A stretch of DNA of 64,000 bases, taken from Candidatus Wolfebacteria bacterium RIFCSPLOWO2_01_FULL_45_19. Its GTDB lineage: Bacteria > Patescibacteriota > Minisyncoccia > UBA6257 > GWB1-45-9. Below the pieces are notes generated by a model. That model searched no databases, had not been told where the DNA came from, and saw only the letters and a program-made list of their open reading frames with translations. Of the stretch, positions 59,691 to 64,000 are shown piece by piece; the first letter of the stretch is position 1; each line of letters starts with the position of its first letter. Both the position numbers and the translations under genes were made by a program. The stretch spans positions 8,645-72,644 of the forward strand of contig MGIR01000001.1 of assembly GCA_001793855.1 (NCBI GenBank), in the 5' to 3' direction.

Positions 59691-60349
59691 GTAACAAAAT
59701 ACGCCCGGACGCGTTTCGTCTGGGAATAACTAAAAATTGGAGCTCGAGATGGTTCAAAAGAAGAAACTTTCAGTCCTTTTTAGAGGAGGATGTTTTGATT
59801 AGGAAAACAATTCAGGATAAAATTTCATCCGCCGGCATAGCAGGAATAGATATAGAAAAAACAGGTGATTCGTTTCGAATCACAATCAAAGCCGCGAAAC
59901 CCGGCTTTGTTATAGGCCGCGGAGGAAAAGGTATTGAAGAGCTGACGCGCGAAATAGAAAAAAAACTCGCCAAATACAGAATCGGCAAAAAACCGTCGTT
60001 AAGCGTTAACGTGGAAGAGCTTAAGAGAAGCGATGTATCCGCCGCGGTACTTGCCCAAAATATCGCTTGGGATTTGGAAAAACGTCAATCCGCGAGAAGA
60101 ACGATGAAAAAATATCTTGAAGCGATAATGCAAAATCGTGACGTTAAGGGCGCGAAAATACGTCTCTCCGGCAGGATTAACGGCGCGGAAATATCCAGAC
60201 GTGAATGGTTGGCAAAAGGCGCGATGCCGCTTCAGACCCTAAGAGCCGATATTGATTACGGCACAGCGACTGCGTTTACTTCCTCTGGAACCATCGGCTT
60301 GAAGGTGTGGATATATAAAGGCGAATTATTTGAAGACTCTAAACACTAA
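59687..60349 (+). CDS. rpsC: 30S ribosomal protein S3
   Basis: KH and S3-C domains. Confidence 0.9.
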
Positions 60350-60354
60350 ATTTC

Positions 60355-60768
60355 ATGCTTGTTCCAAAAAAAGTAAAACATAGAAAGTGGCAGAAGGGCC
60401 GTTCCAAAAAACGTACGGTTGAAACGCGCGGAACCAAACTTGAATTTGGAAGTTTTGGCCTTCAGTCTCTCGGGGCGAGTTGGGTTAACTCAAGGCAAAT
60501 TGAAGCTGGCCGAAAAGCGATAACGCACCATATGAAAAGAGAAGGAAAATTATGGATAAGAATTTTTCCGGACAAGCCGATTACAAAAAAACCACCGGAA
60601 GTGACAATGGGCGGTGGCAAGGGTGCTGTGGAAGAATATGTTTTTCCGGTAAAGCCCGGAAGAATAATTTTTGAATTGGATGGCGTTACGAAAGATATCG
60701 CGGAGGAAGCGCTACGGCTAGCCGGGCATAAATTGCCGGTAAAAACAAAAATAGTTTCAAAAATATGA
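60355..60768 (+). CDS. rplP: 50S ribosomal protein L16
   Basis: Conserved sequence. Confidence 0.9.
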   Translation: MLVPKKVKHRKWQKGRSKKRTVETRGTKLEFGSFGLQSLGASWVNSRQIEAGRKAITHHMKREGKLWIRIFPDKPITKKPPEVTMGGGKGAVEEYVFPVKPGRIIFELDGVTKDIAEEALRLAGHKLPVKTKIVSKI

Positions 60769-60965
60769 AGCGTAAAGAATACGAAGAATTAAAAGCAAAA
60801 CCTGTCGTGGAATTACAAAAAGAGCTACGGGTGGCAAGGGAGCGTTTGAGGGCGCTTAAATTTGATTTGGCCGCCGGGAAAACCAAAAATGTTCGGGAAC
60901 TGCGTTCTTTGAAAAAAGATATAGCCAGGATTTTAACGATATTGCGAGAAACTAAGAAATTATGA
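60765..60965 (+). CDS. rpmC: 50S ribosomal protein L29
   Basis: Position and similarity. Confidence 0.8.
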   Translation: MKRKEYEELKAKPVVELQKELRVARERLRALKFDLAAGKTKNVRELRSLKKDIARILTILRETKKL

Positions 60966-61213
60966 AACTGAAAGAACAAGTAAAAAAAAGAAAATTGGAA
61001 GGCATTGTCGTTTCGGACAAGATGCAGAAAACAAGAGTGGTTGAAATAACGCGGTTTAAGAAAAATCCCAAATACTTGAAGTATTACAAAGTAAGCCGCA
61101 AATTTAAGGCGCATGACGAGAATAACGAATACAAGACGGGGGATAAGGTTGTTATTGAAGAAACAAGGCCGCTGAGCAGGGAAAAGAGGTGGAGAATCGT
61201 GCAAAAGATTTAA
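60962..61213 (+). CDS. rpsQ: 30S ribosomal protein S17
   Basis: Conserved sequence. Confidence 0.85.
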   Translation: MKLKEQVKKRKLEGIVVSDKMQKTRVVEITRFKKNPKYLKYYKVSRKFKAHDENNEYKTGDKVVIEETRPLSREKRWRIVQKI

Positions 61214-61274
61214 GATATAAGATTTAAGAAGTAAGAGTCTTAAATCATAAACCTTAAATCCTAAATCTAAACAA
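61214..61274. repeat. taagat/atctta heptamer palindrome
   Basis: agatataagatttaagaagtaagagtc ttaaatcataaaccttaaatcctaaatct. Confidence 0.6.
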
Positions 61275-61643
61275 ATGATACAAGAACGCGCAATATTAAA
61301 AGTAGCCGACAATTCCGGAGCGAAAACAATTCGCTGTTTTCGCGTTTTGGGAGGAACAAGACGGCGTTACGCGCGAATAGGCGACGTATTTGTCGCTTCT
61401 GTTCAAGTCGCGGAACCTCGCAAGGCGTTAAAGAAAAAAGACATTGTTAGGGCAGTTGTGGTAAGACAAAAGGCTCCTATGCGAAGAGCCGACGGCTCTT
61501 ACGTCAGATTTGACGAAAACGCTGCGGTAATAATAGACGAAAAACGCCAGCCAAAAGCATCGCGCGTTTTCGGACCAATGCCGCGTGAATTAAAAGAAAA
61601 AGGTTTTGAATCCATAATAACAATGGCGGAAGAAATTGTATGA
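61275..61643 (+). CDS. rplN: 50S ribosomal protein L14
   Basis: Conserved sequence. Confidence 0.95.
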   Translation: MIQERAILKVADNSGAKTIRCFRVLGGTRRRYARIGDVFVASVQVAEPRKALKKKDIVRAVVVRQKAPMRRADGSYVRFDENAAVIIDEKRQPKASRVFGPMPRELKEKGFESIITMAEEIV

Positions 61644-61945
61644 ATATCAAAAAGAACGACGCGGTAAAAATTATAGCCGGGAAAGATAAAGGCAAGACGG
61701 GCAAGGTCATACTCGTGGATTATAAAAAAGGCAAACTTACGATAGATGGCCTGAATTTGTATAAAAAGCATGTCAGGCCTAAGCGCAAAGGCGAAAAAGG
61801 GCAGATTATTTCAACGCCAAGATCCATTGACGCTTCAAACGCCATGCTTGCGTGCGGTTCATGCGATAAGGCGGTTCGTGTCGGCTATCGCGTCGAAAAC
61901 GGTCAAAAACAAAGAATATGCAAAAAATGCAAAGCGATAATTTAA
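61640..61945 (+). CDS. rplX: 50S ribosomal protein L24 with C-terminal CxxC...CxxC zinc-ribbon extension
   Basis: KOW core plus CGSCDKAVRVGYRVENGQKQRICKKCK. Confidence 0.85.
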   Translation: MNIKKNDAVKIIAGKDKGKTGKVILVDYKKGKLTIDGLNLYKKHVRPKRKGEKGQIISTPRSIDASNAMLACGSCDKAVRVGYRVENGQKQRICKKCKAII

Positions 61946-62409
61946 AGTTGGAAAAAATAGTTGTTAACGTCGGGGTAGGGCGATTGAGTCAGGCGCCTAA
62001 TTTTTCGGATAAAATTCTTCCGGAAATTGATAAAGAACTTGCTTTAATCACGGGCCAGAAGCCGTCTCCGCGCGGCGCGAAACAATCTATAGCCGGTTTT
62101 AAAATTCGCGCCGGAAATGTTGTTGGACTGAAAGTTACTTTGCGTGGTAAAAGAATGCGCGATTTCTTGAGCCGTTTGGTGAATATAGCTCTACCGCGAG
62201 TAAGAGATTTCAGGGGCGTTGACTTGAAAAATGTGGACAAATCCGGTAATCTTAGCATCGGCTTTCGTGAACACTCCGTTTTTCCGGAAATAAATCTTGA
62301 AACCAGCCGGGTCAATTTCGGATTGGAGGTAACATTGGTGCCGAAGATTCGTATTAGAGAGAAGGCGATTGAAGCATATCGGCAATTGGGAGTGCCGTTC
62401 AAAAAATAA
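61918..62409 (+). CDS. rplE: 50S ribosomal protein L5
   Basis: Conserved sequence. Confidence 0.9.
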   Translation: MQKMQSDNLKLEKIVVNVGVGRLSQAPNFSDKILPEIDKELALITGQKPSPRGAKQSIAGFKIRAGNVVGLKVTLRGKRMRDFLSRLVNIALPRVRDFRGVDLKNVDKSGNLSIGFREHSVFPEINLETSRVNFGLEVTLVPKIRIREKAIEAYRQLGVPFKK

Positions 62410-62500
62410 ACTAAAGAATTAAAGAACCAAAGAACGGAAGAGTAAAGAACGGTTTATGAGTTCTTAAGTTCATAAGTTCTCAAGTTAAACAAATTAAACA
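62410..62500. repeat. aagaac/gttctt octamer palindrome
   Basis: ctaaagaattaaagaaccaaagaacggaagagtaaagaac ... gttcttaagttcataagttctcaagtt. Confidence 0.7.
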
Positions 62501-62502
62501 AA

Positions 62503-62688
62503 ATGGCTAAAACATCGGTAATCGCAAGAGCGAAAAAAAAGCCCAAATATTCAACTCGCATAGTACGGCGATGTTTTCGCTGTGGACGTAAGCGCGGTTA
62601 TATGAGGGATTTCGGGCTTTGTCGCATTTGTTTTCGTGAAATGGCAAGCAGGGGCGAAATACCGGGAGTAAAAAAAGCATCATGGTAA
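62503..62688 (+). CDS. rpsN: 30S ribosomal protein S14 type Z (zinc-binding)
   Basis: CFRCGR...CRICFRE. Confidence 0.9.
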   Translation: MAKTSVIARAKKKPKYSTRIVRRCFRCGRKRGYMRDFGLCRICFREMASRGEIPGVKKASW

Positions 62689-63062
62689 CAGATTTATTAA
62701 CGAGAATTAAAAACGCTCAGGCGGTAAAGCATGAACGGGTAAAGCTTCCATACAGCAAAATGAATGAGACAGTCGCTCATTTGCTCTTGAAGCACAAATA
62801 TGTTGCCGGAGTGGTAAAAAAAGGAAGAATGCCAAAACGTATGTTGGAGGTGGAGTTGAAGTATGAAAACGGCTCTGGCGTCATCAGGGGCATAAAATTT
62901 GTAAGCAAACCATCGCGTAGAATTTACGCCGGTTACCGTGATTTAAAATCCGTCAAACAAGGTTACGGCATGCTTATGATTTCTACACCGGAAGGTTTGA
63001 TGAGCGGCTCGGAAGCAAGAAAGAAGAAATTGGGCGGAGAATTATTGTTTGAGATATGGTAA
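62682..63062 (+). CDS. rpsH: 30S ribosomal protein S8
   Basis: Conserved sequence. Confidence 0.9.
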   Translation: MVTDLLTRIKNAQAVKHERVKLPYSKMNETVAHLLLKHKYVAGVVKKGRMPKRMLEVELKYENGSGVIRGIKFVSKPSRRIYAGYRDLKSVKQGYGMLMISTPEGLMSGSEARKKKLGGELLFEIW

Positions 63063-63133
63063 ATAATTAAAAACCAAAGAACTAAGGAACGCAAGAATGG
63101 TTTTAAGTTCATTCGTTCATAAGTTTTTAAGTC
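63063..63133. repeat. aagaac/gttctt octamer palindrome
   Basis: aaccaaagaactaaggaacgcaagaatgg ... gttcattcgttcataagtttttaagt. Confidence 0.7.
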
Positions 63134-63141
63134 ATCTAAAC

Positions 63142-63687
63142 ATGTCAAAACTAGCCAAAAAATTAATACCAATTCCGCAAGGAGTAACAATGGAAAAGAA
63201 CGTGGACGCGTTACAGATAAAAGGTCCCAAAGGCGCTCTGTCTTTAAGTTTACTGCCGTACATAGAGGTTTCGATTGAAGAAAACGGAATTCGCGTTTCT
63301 TTTACTACCGACGAGAAGCAGGCGCGGGCTAATTGCGGAACAATGTGGGCCTTGATCAGAAACGCCTTTGAAGGAGTCAGCAAAGGTTTTGAAAAGAAAT
63401 TGGAAATAGAAGGGGTCGGTTATCGTGTTTCAATGGAGGGTAAGGCGTTGGTGCTTAACATAGGTTATTCTCATCCGGTAAGATTTGAGTCGCCGGAAGG
63501 CGTTGAGATTAAAACGGAAAAGAATGTCATGCGCGTATCCGGAATAGACAAAGGACTGGTTGGTCGCGTTGCCGCGCAGATTCGCGCGATGAAGAAACCC
63601 GAACCATATAAGGGAAAAGGAATAAGATATCAAGGGGAAATAATAAGAAGAAAAGCCGGCAAGAGAGTGGCGGGAACCACAACGTAG
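63142..63687 (+). CDS. rplF: 50S ribosomal protein L6
   Basis: Similarity from MSKLAKK onward. Confidence 0.85.
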   Translation: MSKLAKKLIPIPQGVTMEKNVDALQIKGPKGALSLSLLPYIEVSIEENGIRVSFTTDEKQARANCGTMWALIRNAFEGVSKGFEKKLEIEGVGYRVSMEGKALVLNIGYSHPVRFESPEGVEIKTEKNVMRVSGIDKGLVGRVAAQIRAMKKPEPYKGKGIRYQGEIIRRKAGKRVAGTTT

Positions 63688-63719
63688 AAAATAGAATCTA
63701 GAATCTGGAATTTAGAATC
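63688..63719. repeat. tagaatc heptamer tandem array (single arm)
   Basis: gaaaatagaatctagaatctggaatttagaatc immediately before the rplR ATG. Confidence 0.55.
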
Positions 63720-64000
63720 ATGAACAGACAAAAAAAATTGAATAAAATACGAGTTCGGAGGAAGATAAGGGCAAGATCAAGATTGTTTGGCACCCAAGAG
63801 CGTCCGCGGCTCTCGGTTTTTAGAAGTAATCGCAATATGTTTCTTCAGCTCATAGACGATAAAAAAGGCATGACGCTTGCTTCGGTTTCAACTCGCGAAT
63901 TGAAAGAGGCGGCAAGAAAAAAATCAAAAGTCAGTCAAGCCGAACTGATAGCGGCCGCGTTGTTTCAAAAAGCGAAAAAACTGGGAATAACGAAAGCAAT
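63720..64000 (+). CDS. rplR: 50S ribosomal protein L18 (3' end beyond window)
   Basis: MNRQKKLNKIRVRRKIRARSR...RLSVFRSNR. Confidence 0.85.
   Translation, partial: MNRQKKLNKIRVRRKIRARSRLFGTQERPRLSVFRSNRNMFLQLIDDKKGMTLASVSTRELKEAARKKSKVSQAELIAAALFQKAKKLGITKA

Overview
This window looks like a Candidate Phyla Radiation (Patescibacteria/Parcubacteria-like) bacterial chromosome. The ribosomal proteins are compact and almost no gene has a Shine-Dalgarno motif. The minus-strand 16S rRNA gene (~31831-34815) is not linked to a 23S gene. It carries a ~1.1 kb group I intron that encodes a LAGLIDADG homing endonuclease, plus three expansion segments built from short palindromic repeats.

Gene content in order:
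- galT (partial)
- a cell-shape/peptidoglycan cluster: mrdA-mreD-mreC-mreB, murA, and a second mreB paralogue
- proS, and a RAYT/IS200-like transposase flanked by REP-like hairpins
- holB, frr, rseP
- an infA-rpmJ-rpsM-rpsK-rpsD-rpoA-rplQ-rplM-rpsI block
- three transmembrane hypothetical proteins and a sigma-region-4/HARE-HTH protein
- a tRNA-Trp / rpmG / tRNA-Thr x2 / tRNA-Tyr cluster
- a type IV pilus locus: pilins (one fused to a LamG lectin domain), PilC, PilB, Cys-rich and repeat surface proteins, and a receiver-only response regulator
- rpmE, a release factor that lacks domain 1, infB, rbfA, and tRNA-Cys/Leu followed by a GC-rich islet
- tsaD, yqeY, rplJ-rplL with promoter and leader, tRNA-Val, an S1 protease, sodA
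- the mraZ-rsmH-ftsL-ftsI-murF division cluster and tRNA-Glu
- rpsL-rpsG-fusA-(small antitoxin-like ORF)-tuf-rpsJ
- a promoter-sRNA/leader-terminator unit, then rplC through rplR (S10/spc operon)

The most distinctive signal is a family of AT-rich palindromes built from tandem 7-8 bp units. The unit flavours are aagaac/gttctt, taagat/atctta, aaagct/agcttt, aaaattc/gaatttt and ctaaatcc/ggatttag. They fill almost every intergenic spacer. They also form the 16S expansion segments, and at least twice they extend in frame into coding sequence (tsaD, a pilin leader).
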